A stretch of DNA of 64,000 nucleotides from an archaeon (GTDB lineage: Archaea; Nanobdellota; Nanobdellia; Pacearchaeales; GW2011-AR1). The stretch spans positions 1-64,000 of the forward strand of contig JBDRNU010000007.1 in the NCBI GenBank assembly GCA_043810775.1, read 5' to 3'. The notes under the pieces were generated by a model. That model had not been told where the DNA came from and ran no database searches. It saw only the letters and a program-made list of their open reading frames with translations. Position 1 is the stretch's first letter; each line of letters begins with the position of its first letter. A program made the position numbers and the translations under genes. Positions 9,248 through 18,874 of this stretch are shown piece after piece.

Positions 9248-10137
9248 AACAAGCTTGGCCTCCTTGATTTTATAATTCCTAAAAACATTATTTGTATTAT
9301 CGTAACTATGGCGAGAATACCAATATACATTAATTTCAACATCTTGCTTTCCATACCCACCATTGATGCAATAATAGTTAGGAATGTCAGCCCCAGTGCC
9401 GGAACAATAACCCCTATAAGCAGATAGAACATAACCATGGGATTTAGCTTGCTTCCATAACTCTGTATTTGTATTGCCTGTTCTTTAGTCATATGGTCAA
9501 TGCTGTCTTTTATAACCATACTCATGTCACTTCCTGACCTCATTCCATTGCTTATCTGCCAGACTATTCTTCTAAAATAAACAGAAACATTTTCATTGCC
9601 AATTTTATCCAAAACCTCTATTTGTGGCTTTCCAGCACTTATCTCTTTTACAGCTTTTTTAAATTCAGAACTTAACTGTCCGTAGTCTGAGCTTGCAATG
9701 TTGCTGATTATCTGGAACATTGGAACCCCAGAACTTAGTTGAACCTGAATGTCTTGGAGTGAAGGAATAATATTTTTTTCTATGTCTTTAATTTTTTTAA
9801 ATGAATATATTCTCGGATACATCATTTGGCTTAAAAGTATGAAAAAAGAAAAAATAATTGCAATGCCTATGCCATAATAATAAAAGTATCTTGTTTTAAG
9901 AATAAGAAATAATATAGAAGCGAAAACAGTGGAAAAAATCAAAAAGAAAATTACAAAGCTTCTTATAACTAAAGCTATAAATTCCTGTTTATTAAAATCA
10001 GATTCAGAATATCTGAGATATTTTTCTAAATTACGAAAAGAGCCTCTTCTTGCTTTTACAAATCTTAAGTAAGGTTTTGTCTTTCTTCTTAAAATTTCAC
10101 TGCTTGAGAAAGTATATGGGACTTTAAATTTCTTCAT
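9244..10137 (-). CDS. Type IV pilus platform protein (T2SS-F/TadB-like)
   Basis: LSSGVPMFQII, YGQLSSEFKKAVKEISAG, SGSDMS; TM helices. Confidence 0.88.
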   Translation of the reverse strand: MKKFKVPYTFSSSEILRRKTKPYLRFVKARRGSFRNLEKYLRYSESDFNKQEFIALVIRSFVIFFLIFSTVFASILFLILKTRYFYYYGIGIAIIFSFFILLSQMMYPRIYSFKKIKDIEKNIIPSLQDIQVQLSSGVPMFQIISNIASSDYGQLSSEFKKAVKEISAGKPQIEVLDKIGNENVSVYFRRIVWQISNGMRSGSDMSMVIKDSIDHMTKEQAIQIQSYGSKLNPMVMFYLLIGVIVPALGLTFLTIIASMVGMESKMLKLMYIGILAIVTIIQIMFLGIIKSRRPSLL

Positions 10138-10149
10138 TTGTTTCTAGGA

Positions 10150-12117
10150 TTATTTTTTCTTTTTTCTTAATTTTGATTTCTTTTTTATTGGAGCAGATTT
10201 CACTAAATCTTTATCCTCTTTTATTGAGGTTTTTTCTTCAGTTGTGATCGGAGACTTGGATTTAATTTCTTCGAATCTGTTGTGTTTAATAATTTCAAAA
10301 AGCCTTTCTCGATTAGTATAGTATAGGCTCATAACTTTTCCCATTTCATTAAGGCTTCTTATTCTGTTTTTAATAAGCCATTCCAAGATATCTTTTTTCT
10401 CTTTAAGATAGCTGTTTATCTCGCTTTGTGACATTCCAGTATGCCTGTTTAATTCCTCATAAAAAGAAAGGCTTTCGCTATGCTTCAAAATCTGGTCTTT
10501 TTCAGGTACATACCTATACAATATATTAGGATTAGCATCATCTTTAGTTACAATAAATTCAGCAACCTGAAATACTCTTCTAACCCCTTTTCTTCTGTCT
10601 CTGAACATCACTATATTTAAGTTTACTGCTTTCAATAAATTAACAGGCACGTTTATTGGTGGATGAGTAAGCCTATTTATAGTTTCTCCAGCAGTATCTG
10701 CATGTACAGTTGCATAAACTGAATGTCCGGTATGCATTGCCTCAAATAATACTTCAGCCTCTTTCTGCCTTCTCATTTCTCCAAGAACTATCCTGTCAGG
10801 CCTCATTCTCAAGCTATTTACAAGAAGATCTAGCATAGAAACCTCTCCTTTGCCTTCTGGATTAGGGGTTCTCGTAACAAGAGGGCACCAGTATAAGAAA
10901 TTAGGGAGCATTAGCTCACGAGTATCCTCAATGCTGATAATCCTGTGGTTTGGTGGAATAAAAGGCATGCACGCATTTAAAAATACTGTTTTTCCTGAAG
11001 CAGTTCCTCCAGAAATTAGGACATTCATCTCATACTCCACTGCAAGCCATAATAATGCAGCTACATCAAGACTTACTGTACTATTCATAATTAAATCAAT
11101 CATAGTCCAAGGGTCTCGTGCAAATTTTCTCAATGTAATTGTATTTCCTTTTGTGGCTATTGGATACAATACAGCATTTGCTCTGTCCCCAGTAACTATG
11201 TGGGCATCAAGAAGTGGTGAAAGTATGTTAATCTGCCTCCCAACTCTTCTTGCAATAATATTTGCATAATTATTTATCTCTTCTTCTCTTCGTATTCTTA
11301 CATTACTTGAAAGCCATCCATATTTTTTGTGATAAACTCTAATTGGTTCAGTTTCACTTACAACTACTATTTCCTCCAAATTAGGGTCATTAATTAAGAA
11401 TTCCATTTTACCTAATCCAAGCATTTCCTGCATCAGAGTGCCAATAAGAAAATCTTTGGTTTTATCCTCAATATGCGGGACTTTATCTGTAATAATTTTT
11501 GATGCCTCTTCCATAAATCTTTTCTTCATCTTAATAATTGCTTCCTGGTCCACTGTCTCCCCAATCGCAATTGCAGTAACTGCTACAAGCTCATTCCTTA
11601 TATCATCAAGCAAGGCCCTTGTACCAATTTCAATTGTTGGCATGTAAAGATTATAGCTTAGTCCTTCCAATCCCCTCTCAATACTAATAGTAATATTAGC
11701 TTTGTCAACTGAAACATTATAGGTTTCAACTACATCTTTCCTAACTACCTTCTCAACAACTGCTTTTTTCTTCAGTAGCTTTTTAGGTACTCCCAATTTT
11801 TTTACTTTAGAGTTTTCAGCTGAATCGCCAACTAGCTTAAATGCATCTTCAATTTCTTTAGAAGGCCACCCCCTTTCTAAAAGAGCTCTCCTCAAGTTTT
11901 CTTTTTTATAACCCTGTTTAAGAGCTTTTCTTAAATGTGGGATTAAATTAGCTGCATGACTAGACACACTTTTACTTTTTTTTGCCCTTACTTTTCTTAC
12001 TGAGCTTTTTTTCACTCTTTTCGGCTTTACTGTCTTTGCTCTTTTCTGGCTCTTTTTCTTTAACCTCTTTTTCTGCAGCTTTTTCATCTTCATCCTCTTT
12101 TTCTTCTTTTTCTTCAT
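10150..12117 (-). CDS. Type IV pilus assembly ATPase (CpaF/TadA/FlaI family); start uncertain (alternative GTG at 11967)
   Basis: Walker A GGTASGKT, SIEDTREL, LRMRPDRIVLGEMR, AMHTGH...TVHA. Confidence 0.92.
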   Translation of the reverse strand: MKKKKKKRMKMKKLQKKRLKKKSQKRAKTVKPKRVKKSSVRKVRAKKSKSVSSHAANLIPHLRKALKQGYKKENLRRALLERGWPSKEIEDAFKLVGDSAENSKVKKLGVPKKLLKKKAVVEKVVRKDVVETYNVSVDKANITISIERGLEGLSYNLYMPTIEIGTRALLDDIRNELVAVTAIAIGETVDQEAIIKMKKRFMEEASKIITDKVPHIEDKTKDFLIGTLMQEMLGLGKMEFLINDPNLEEIVVVSETEPIRVYHKKYGWLSSNVRIRREEEINNYANIIARRVGRQINILSPLLDAHIVTGDRANAVLYPIATKGNTITLRKFARDPWTMIDLIMNSTVSLDVAALLWLAVEYEMNVLISGGTASGKTVFLNACMPFIPPNHRIISIEDTRELMLPNFLYWCPLVTRTPNPEGKGEVSMLDLLVNSLRMRPDRIVLGEMRRQKEAEVLFEAMHTGHSVYATVHADTAGETINRLTHPPINVPVNLLKAVNLNIVMFRDRRKGVRRVFQVAEFIVTKDDANPNILYRYVPEKDQILKHSESLSFYEELNRHTGMSQSEINSYLKEKKDILEWLIKNRIRSLNEMGKVMSLYYTNRERLFEIIKHNRFEEIKSKSPITTEEKTSIKEDKDLVKSAPIKKKSKLRKKKK

Positions 12118-12580
12118 ATAATTCTACCTCTGGTTCCGAAAACGCAGGGTAATTTATCAATGCAAGATTATGATCTTCAAGTATTCTCATCCACTCAAGT
12201 GCCCTTTCCCTGTCAATATTAAAAATTTCAGCTACAACAGAAACTCTTAATTTTTTACCATCTTTTAACAAGCTGTAAAGAAGGTCAATATCTGTTCCTG
12301 CCTTGCCTTTTCTTTTTTCAAGACTAGAATAACTTATTTGTATTTTTTCAGTTTTAGTTTTTTTAAGATGCCTGACATAAGCAAAATAAACAATAAGGAG
12401 AATTATTAACCATTGTGCTATAAATGCAATTTTTGAAAAATCAAGCGCACCCTCAAAATCTTCACCAATTGCAAGTCCAGTAAATGAAAAAGCACCTGTC
12501 AAATATAAAAAAATATTTATGACAGCTAATAGAATCACTATTCCAATCACAATCACAAATCCCCTTTTTTCTCCTTCCAT
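11972..12580 (-). CDS. Membrane protein with two TM helices, a winged-helix-like segment and a charged tail
   Basis: Two hydrophobic helices, then TDIDLLYSLL...VAEIFNIDRERALEWMRILEDHNL; first gene of the pilus motor operon. Confidence 0.75.
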   Translation of the reverse strand: MEGEKRGFVIVIGIVILLAVINIFLYLTGAFSFTGLAIGEDFEGALDFSKIAFIAQWLIILLIVYFAYVRHLKKTKTEKIQISYSSLEKRKGKAGTDIDLLYSLLKDGKKLRVSVVAEIFNIDRERALEWMRILEDHNLALINYPAFSEPEVELYEEKEEKEDEDEKAAEKEVKEKEPEKSKDSKAEKSEKKLSKKSKGKKK

Positions 12581-12652
12581 TTTGATAATGTTTATAAACT
12601 TATTATCATATCTAATTTTATAAACCTTACTGTATAAAAAGAGGAGTATTCC

Positions 12653-13066
12653 ATGTTTGTTAAAAGATCACAAAGTAGCGTAGAGTATCTTATTGTTATA
12701 GGATTTGTCACTTTTGCAGTAATGTCAATTCTTGTTGTGGCTTTCTACTATTCAGGTGTTGCAAGGGACAGAATAAGAGTTAATCAACTGGAAATTTTCT
12801 CGCAGAAAATCATAAATTCAGCAGAAGCAGTCTTTTTTGCTGGTGAACCTTCAAAATCAACGTTTTCAATATATGTTCCAGAAGGAGTATATAGTATATC
12901 TATACCTGAAAATGATTATTATCTAGTTGTAAGTATGTCGACAAGTTCTGGGCAGATAGTAAGAGCTTTTGACTCAAAAGTGCCTATTAATGGTACAATT
13001 TCTGCATCAAACGGAATAAAGACTATAGTAATGGAAGCTCACGAAAATTATGTACAGATAAACTAA
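12653..13066 (+). CDS. Pilin-like protein with class III signal peptide
   Basis: KRSQ-SSVEYL followed by a hydrophobic helix; GAGGAG RBS. Confidence 0.85.
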   Translation: MFVKRSQSSVEYLIVIGFVTFAVMSILVVAFYYSGVARDRIRVNQLEIFSQKIINSAEAVFFAGEPSKSTFSIYVPEGVYSISIPENDYYLVVSMSTSSGQIVRAFDSKVPINGTISASNGIKTIVMEAHENYVQIN

Positions 13067-13067
13067 T

Positions 13068-13457
13068 ATGGAACTGTCAAAAAAATCCCAAACTGCTATT
13101 GAGTTTATGATTGTTTTAGGTTCAGCTTTATTTTTTTTTACACTAATTTTTTTAGTAATTAATGAGAACATTGCTGATAAAAATCGTGAGAAAGAAACAA
13201 TAATTGTTTCAAATCTTGCCAAATCTGTGCAGGATGAAATAAATCTTGCTTCAGAAGCAAGCAATGGATACTATCGGGAGTTTTTTATTGCTGATAATAT
13301 AATTGGCAAGGATTATTTAATTAGTGTAATTGAAAGCAGGATAATTATTAAAACAGATAAAAATGCAATTTCACTGCCTGTTCAAAATGTGACAGGATTT
13401 ATACAAAAAGGTTCAAATACTATAAGAAAAGAGGATGGAATCGTGTATCTTAACTAG
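13068..13457 (+). CDS. Pilin-like protein with class III signal peptide
   Basis: KKSQ-TAIEFM followed by a hydrophobic helix. Confidence 0.85.
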   Translation: MELSKKSQTAIEFMIVLGSALFFFTLIFLVINENIADKNREKETIIVSNLAKSVQDEINLASEASNGYYREFFIADNIIGKDYLISVIESRIIIKTDKNAISLPVQNVTGFIQKGSNTIRKEDGIVYLN

Positions 13458-13929
13458 AAAAGCCCAGGTCTGGAGTATAGACTTAGCAATAGCTATTGTA
13501 ATTTTTTTAATTGGAATTACAATGATGTATTTTTATGCTCTTAACTACACTCAGGAGACAGAAGACAAGCTGGAAGTTCTGTTTTATGATGGAAATAATG
13601 TCGGAGAAATCTTGCTTTCTCCTGGCTATCCAGAAGACTGGACTGTATCTGATGTAGTAACCCCTGGGATTCTTTCAGAAAATAAAATAAATCAGACAAA
13701 GCTTGATAATTTTAATTCGCTGAATTATGATGAGATTCAGCGCCGTCTAAATACTAATTATGAGCTCTTCTTTAACTTTTCAGAGCCAATGTACATTTCA
13801 GGAGCATATCAGAAAGGAATAGGCCGTGACCCTCTTGATTATTCACCTCGGGATATAGTAAAAGTTTCTCGATTTACAATTTACCAAAATAAACCTGTAA
13901 GGATAGATATTTTTATTTGGGATGATTAA
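13435..13929 (+). CDS. Minor pilin-like protein
   Basis: RKAQ-VWSIDL followed by a hydrophobic helix; SPGYPEDW motif. Confidence 0.8.
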   Translation: MESCILTRKAQVWSIDLAIAIVIFLIGITMMYFYALNYTQETEDKLEVLFYDGNNVGEILLSPGYPEDWTVSDVVTPGILSENKINQTKLDNFNSLNYDEIQRRLNTNYELFFNFSEPMYISGAYQKGIGRDPLDYSPRDIVKVSRFTIYQNKPVRIDIFIWDD

Positions 13930-16900
13930 AATGAGGAAAAAAGGATATTATTTTAGCATTGATGCTTTAATTGCATTAATTATAATTTTTACAGTTATTG
14001 TTACAGTCAGGCCTCCAATCAGGCAGGTTACTTCAGATATGTACCTTCAGGAAGACCTCTTGCTAGTTTTAACTAGCTTAAAAATAGGGGAAATAAATGA
14101 AACTGCTTATCCTTATGTGTATAATGACTGGATTCCTAATAATTATGTCACTAATCAAAATCTGACTTTGTTAGACCAAATAGGGGCATTTTACTCTTAT
14201 GATGATGGCCTTCCTGGCTCAAGGTCAAATAAGCTTACTCAAGATATCATAAATCATCTGGGCGCAAAAGATAAAATTGGATTATGGTTTGATAATAGGA
14301 TGATAGCTAATTCCTCTATTTATAATAATACTTACCAGGTCTGGACTTCTCGCCAGCTAATATCTGGAATTCAAAATGGAACAAATGTCACTGGTTTTAC
14401 TGCTACTGCTTCCCTAAGTTCTACAAGCAGGCAGAGTTATTATTACTTTGGAGGTTATGTTGGTGATGGAATTATTAAAAAGAAAGTGGAATATCAGGGT
14501 AGCATTAAGAATGCATCTATAGAAGGAGAGCTTGTTGGAACATTTGACCTTTCAGTAATTAATTCAGCAGGAGTTGAAACTCCAGCAGGAACTTATACTG
14601 GTAGTGCAGGACAGATAACTAAAATAAATATTGAACCAGCCCAAAACTATTTCACTCCTGGGGTGAATTATGTCAAATTTAATTCAAATGATTTTTATAT
14701 TTCAGGAGGATTTGTAAAATTATCTTACGAAAATGTAACTTCTCCTTTTTCAAGATATAAAAGATATAATTTCCCGGGAATCCAAGGAGTAATAAATCTT
14801 TATGATAGCTTTTATGTTCCAGGTACTTTAAATTATATGAGTATTTACTTAAATTATTCAAGTAATTATACAGCATTTTTAAATCTTGGAAATATCACAA
14901 TTGTAAATCAAACTAATACTTTTAATACACCAATCAGTTTATCTAATTCTGACTTGCTTTCACTGGGGTTAAATTATAATTCTCTTACTAATGAGACAAT
15001 TCCGCTAAGGTTTGGCTTGTGGAATGTTTCTTACTCTTCATCTTCAAAATCAAATGCAGATGTATTCTCAGTAACTGACTTAAGCGGAAGTATGGATGGT
15101 TCTAAAATTTCTGCTGCTAAAAGTGCTAATAAGGCACTTATTAGTGCAATACTTAATGAAAGTATACCTGATAATGAAAATCGTTTAGGATTAGTAGGAT
15201 ATGAGTATTCAGCATCACAAGATGATTTTCACCCTCTCACGAAAAACAATAATTCTTTAATAAATAAAGTAAACCAATGGGTTGCTGAAGGATACACATG
15301 TATTTGTTGTGGTATAAATAAAGTAATTGGAAACTTTATTGGAAAAGAGGAAATATATTACAATTTTGATGACAATGTCAATGATCAGTCAGGAAACGGA
15401 AATGACGCAGCAATTGTTGGCAGTCCTTCATATGTTTCAGGAGTGGATAATACTGCTTTAAAATTTGATGGTGTTGATGACTATGTAAATGCCCATGATG
15501 ATAATCTTTATTATACGCGCTCTGGAGCAATCTCATTCTGGTTTAAGCTCGAAAGTGATTTTGACAGGTATTCAGCAACAACTCAACCAATTTGGGGAAA
15601 ATATATGAATAACAATAATAATGCCTTTATTGTCTTGCGGGGAAATGATTTAACCAGTGCTGGTAGGTCAGGTGCAATCCTGGCAAAAATGGAAATGGCA
15701 GGGGAAGGGGGTGGTGATGATTATGCTTATTCAAATAGAAGAACATGGGATGCTGATACTTGGTATCATTTAGCATTTGTATGGAATAGTAATACTATGC
15801 AAATTTATATAAATGGCGTCTTAGACAGAAGCACTTCTGGTGGGCAGGATATAGGTTTTACTGGAGATAATGAAATTGGAAGAGTTAGCTTTGATTCCAG
15901 TGATATCAGCGGTCAGAGATATTTAGATGGCACAATTGATGAATTCAGGATGCATAATCGTGCTTTAAATCTTACAGAAATTCAACAACTTGCAAATAAT
16001 GTTCCTGTCTGTGGTGATAATCGCATTCAAGTAGGAGAGGTTTGCGATGGAAACTTTTTAGGATGCAATTCAGGAAGTGAAGTTGGAACTAAAAACTGCA
16101 GTTCTGATTGCATTTCTTATAATACTTGCGCAACTGAAAACAAGCACAGGACAATGATTGTAATGAGTGATGGTCTTGCTAATCGTGTTTGTGGAAATAC
16201 TGCTTTGGATTATGATGGTGACAGCGATACTACTGAAGACCCCCAAGACCAGGCAATAGATGCAGCTTGTGATGCATTTAAAAACTACAGTATAACTGTC
16301 CACGCTGTTGCTTTTGGTTCAGATGCAGATGATGACACCTTGCAGCTAATAGCTCAATGTGGAAACGGAAGCTTTAGCTCAGGGACAGTTGAAGATATTG
16401 TAGATGTTTATATGCAGTTAGCTCGTTATATTCTTGAAGCAACTTTTCAAGAGCAAAGAATAGTAACTACTGGGGGGATTAACACTACTTTAGACCCAAG
16501 CTCGTATATTATTTTTAATTATTCTGCACCCTCAGTTTCAACCGGATTATTGCTAAATATTGAAACTAATGAGTTTAATAATAATATAGCTGAAGGAAAC
16601 TTTAGTGTTCCTGAAGACGCTGAATTATTAGAAGCAAATCTCATATCTTATTCAAGAAGCTGGTGGACCTCAAATGTCTCAATTTTTAATACAAACTGGA
16701 AAAAAGTTTTTAATCTAGCTGACTATGGCTCTGATTATCTGCAGCTTGGCGACCCTTATGTTATAAATATTCCCATTGATTTAGCTGAGAATGGAGAAAA
16801 TAAAGTTAGAGTTCAGTTAGGGTTATCTCCAACAAACTATACTGGTGGTTCTAATAAGAGTAAAATAATCTATACTATATTAAAAGAGCGTACTTCATTT

Positions 16901-17206
16901 TCCCCAATTAAACCAAAAGCAGACGGATGTATCTGGATTTTAAAATTTAATGATGGGCAGGAATCTTCTATAAAAGTTCCACAGTACTATACTGGAACTC
17001 GCCTGTGCTATTATAATGAATCAGTCTACAACACTAATGATGCAATAGATGAAGCTACTTATGCTTTACTAGAAAAAATGGATATTAATTCAGACGGAAT
17101 AATAGATACTAAATTTACAGAGCAGGACTTGGAAGTTACAACCAATAGGCTAAAAGGAGTGCCATTTGCCTGGTCTACTGAAGCTCAGGTGAGAGTGTGG
17201 AGGTAA
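13922..17206 (+). CDS. Large pilus-associated adhesin-like protein with vWA and LamG-like domains
   Basis: KKGY-YFSIDA class III-like N-terminus; MIDAS DLSGS...SDG; LamG-like WYHLAFVW...IYINGVL...GTIDEFRMHNRAL; many N-x-S/T sequons. Confidence 0.85.
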   Translation: MIKMRKKGYYFSIDALIALIIIFTVIVTVRPPIRQVTSDMYLQEDLLLVLTSLKIGEINETAYPYVYNDWIPNNYVTNQNLTLLDQIGAFYSYDDGLPGSRSNKLTQDIINHLGAKDKIGLWFDNRMIANSSIYNNTYQVWTSRQLISGIQNGTNVTGFTATASLSSTSRQSYYYFGGYVGDGIIKKKVEYQGSIKNASIEGELVGTFDLSVINSAGVETPAGTYTGSAGQITKINIEPAQNYFTPGVNYVKFNSNDFYISGGFVKLSYENVTSPFSRYKRYNFPGIQGVINLYDSFYVPGTLNYMSIYLNYSSNYTAFLNLGNITIVNQTNTFNTPISLSNSDLLSLGLNYNSLTNETIPLRFGLWNVSYSSSSKSNADVFSVTDLSGSMDGSKISAAKSANKALISAILNESIPDNENRLGLVGYEYSASQDDFHPLTKNNNSLINKVNQWVAEGYTCICCGINKVIGNFIGKEEIYYNFDDNVNDQSGNGNDAAIVGSPSYVSGVDNTALKFDGVDDYVNAHDDNLYYTRSGAISFWFKLESDFDRYSATTQPIWGKYMNNNNNAFIVLRGNDLTSAGRSGAILAKMEMAGEGGGDDYAYSNRRTWDADTWYHLAFVWNSNTMQIYINGVLDRSTSGGQDIGFTGDNEIGRVSFDSSDISGQRYLDGTIDEFRMHNRALNLTEIQQLANNVPVCGDNRIQVGEVCDGNFLGCNSGSEVGTKNCSSDCISYNTCATENKHRTMIVMSDGLANRVCGNTALDYDGDSDTTEDPQDQAIDAACDAFKNYSITVHAVAFGSDADDDTLQLIAQCGNGSFSSGTVEDIVDVYMQLARYILEATFQEQRIVTTGGINTTLDPSSYIIFNYSAPSVSTGLLLNIETNEFNNNIAEGNFSVPEDAELLEANLISYSRSWWTSNVSIFNTNWKKVFNLADYGSDYLQLGDPYVINIPIDLAENGENKVRVQLGLSPTNYTGGSNKSKIIYTILKERTSFSPIKPKADGCIWILKFNDGQESSIKVPQYYTGTRLCYYNESVYNTNDAIDEATYALLEKMDINSDGIIDTKFTEQDLEVTTNRLKGVPFAWSTEAQVRVWR

Positions 17207-17207
17207 A

Positions 17208-18152
17208 ATGAATTCAAAAGCCCAGATGTTTACAATGTTTGCAATATCAATTCTTATTCTGCTTTTTGTATCTTATAGTGTCTATACTTTAGCCCAGGAT
17301 AGAAAGGCAATAAAAATAAGAGTCACTACTATGGATAGTTTTCTTTCATCCATAGAGCAAGATCTCGAAAGGCAGCTGTATATTTATGGTTTTAGATCAC
17401 TAATCATAGCTGAAGATTATGTTTCAACAAAAGGAGAGTATATTCCTGATGTAAATGAATTTTTCAATCTAACTTTTTACAATGAAACAGTTTACGAAAA
17501 AAATTATACTGAACTAATTTCAGGCGCAAACTATCCTTATATCCTTTCAAAAATTAACAAAGCCTCTTCAAAAATAAATGTTGAAATCTTGCTGACTGAT
17601 ATAAATATTTCTGTGGCTCAGGAAGATCCCTGGCACGTGGTTGTTATTTTCCAGGCAAACCTGACAATGCGCGATAAAGCTGGCCTTGCATACTGGAATA
17701 AGACAGAAGTGATAAAATCCTATATTCCTATTGAAGGATTTGGAGAGCCTGTTTATATAGTCAAGACAAAATCATTTTTATTAGATAAGTCAAAAATAAA
17801 TAAAACTTTATATGATGGGAATTACAACTCTGCAGGAGATCGCTCCAATCTTACCAGTCATGTTATTTATGGCCTTTATGCAGAAAATCCAGATGCCCCT
17901 AGTTACTTGCAGAGATTAGAGGGGAAAATTTCAGATTCAAGCCCAAATGGAATTGAGAGATTATTATATATTCCAGATTTGAGCTTGTATGAAGACCAGG
18001 GTGTTCAAGTTTTTGACGGAAAAAGTGTTGTTGACCATGTTTATTTTTCTTCAGGGTTTACAGGTGGCTCTCAAATTTCAGGAACAGGAATTCCTGCTGG
18101 TTGGAGTTGGTTTATTATTGACTCAAATCATGACGATGAAAAGTATACTTAA
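17208..18152 (+). CDS. Minor pilin-like protein
   Basis: SKAQ-MFTM followed by a hydrophobic helix; part of the pilin operon. Confidence 0.75.
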   Translation: MNSKAQMFTMFAISILILLFVSYSVYTLAQDRKAIKIRVTTMDSFLSSIEQDLERQLYIYGFRSLIIAEDYVSTKGEYIPDVNEFFNLTFYNETVYEKNYTELISGANYPYILSKINKASSKINVEILLTDINISVAQEDPWHVVVIFQANLTMRDKAGLAYWNKTEVIKSYIPIEGFGEPVYIVKTKSFLLDKSKINKTLYDGNYNSAGDRSNLTSHVIYGLYAENPDAPSYLQRLEGKISDSSPNGIERLLYIPDLSLYEDQGVQVFDGKSVVDHVYFSSGFTGGSQISGTGIPAGWSWFIIDSNHDDEKYT

Positions 18153-18227
18153 TTATAATTCAGCGATACATTTATAAAGTCCACATTCAAAATAATATTA
18201 TATACTGATTAAAAAAGGAGGTAAAAA

Positions 18228-18692
18228 ATGATAATGTCTAAAAAAGGACAGGCAGCAATGGAATTTTTGATGACCTATGGTTGGGCCATTCTGGCAGCTA
18301 TAGTAGTAATTGCAGTGCTTGCATGGTTTGGTGTATTTAATCTTGGAAATCTCGCACCTAGTGCTTGTGTAATTTCTGCGCCTTTTAGCTGTGAAGAATA
18401 CGGAATAACTGAAACATCAGGAATTCAGCTAGTTGTAAGAAATGGATATGGTAATACTGTTGATATTGCAAGTATTGATGTTATGGGTTGTGGTTCTGAA
18501 GATAATAGTGCAGCAGGATGGATTGTACAAGATGGGCAGCTTGTTAGTGGAACAACTTTGACAATTACATGCGGAACAGCATTAACAGCAGGTGAACTTT
18601 TCAGAGGAGATATAAATATCACTTACATGAAATCTGGTGGTTCAATTTCACAAACAGCATCTGGTTCAATCAAAGGCGAAGTAGCACCTTAA
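18228..18692 (+). CDS. Probable major type IV pilin
   Basis: KKGQ-AAMEFLMTYGWAIL; own TATA (tttataaa) and strong GGAGGT RBS. Confidence 0.88.
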   Translation: MIMSKKGQAAMEFLMTYGWAILAAIVVIAVLAWFGVFNLGNLAPSACVISAPFSCEEYGITETSGIQLVVRNGYGNTVDIASIDVMGCGSEDNSAAGWIVQDGQLVSGTTLTITCGTALTAGELFRGDINITYMKSGGSISQTASGSIKGEVAP

Positions 18693-18874
18693 ATTTATTT
18701 TTTTATTTTTTTAAATATTTTTCTTAAGTATAGTTTAGTCTAGTTTTATATAGAACAAATATTATTGTCAATCAGATAAATTTAAAAATTACCTAAGATT
18801 AAGTCAAATATGATAAGAAAAATTAAATTAAACAATTTAAGGGAAAGCAAAAGAAAACCATAGGTTGTCAGAAT

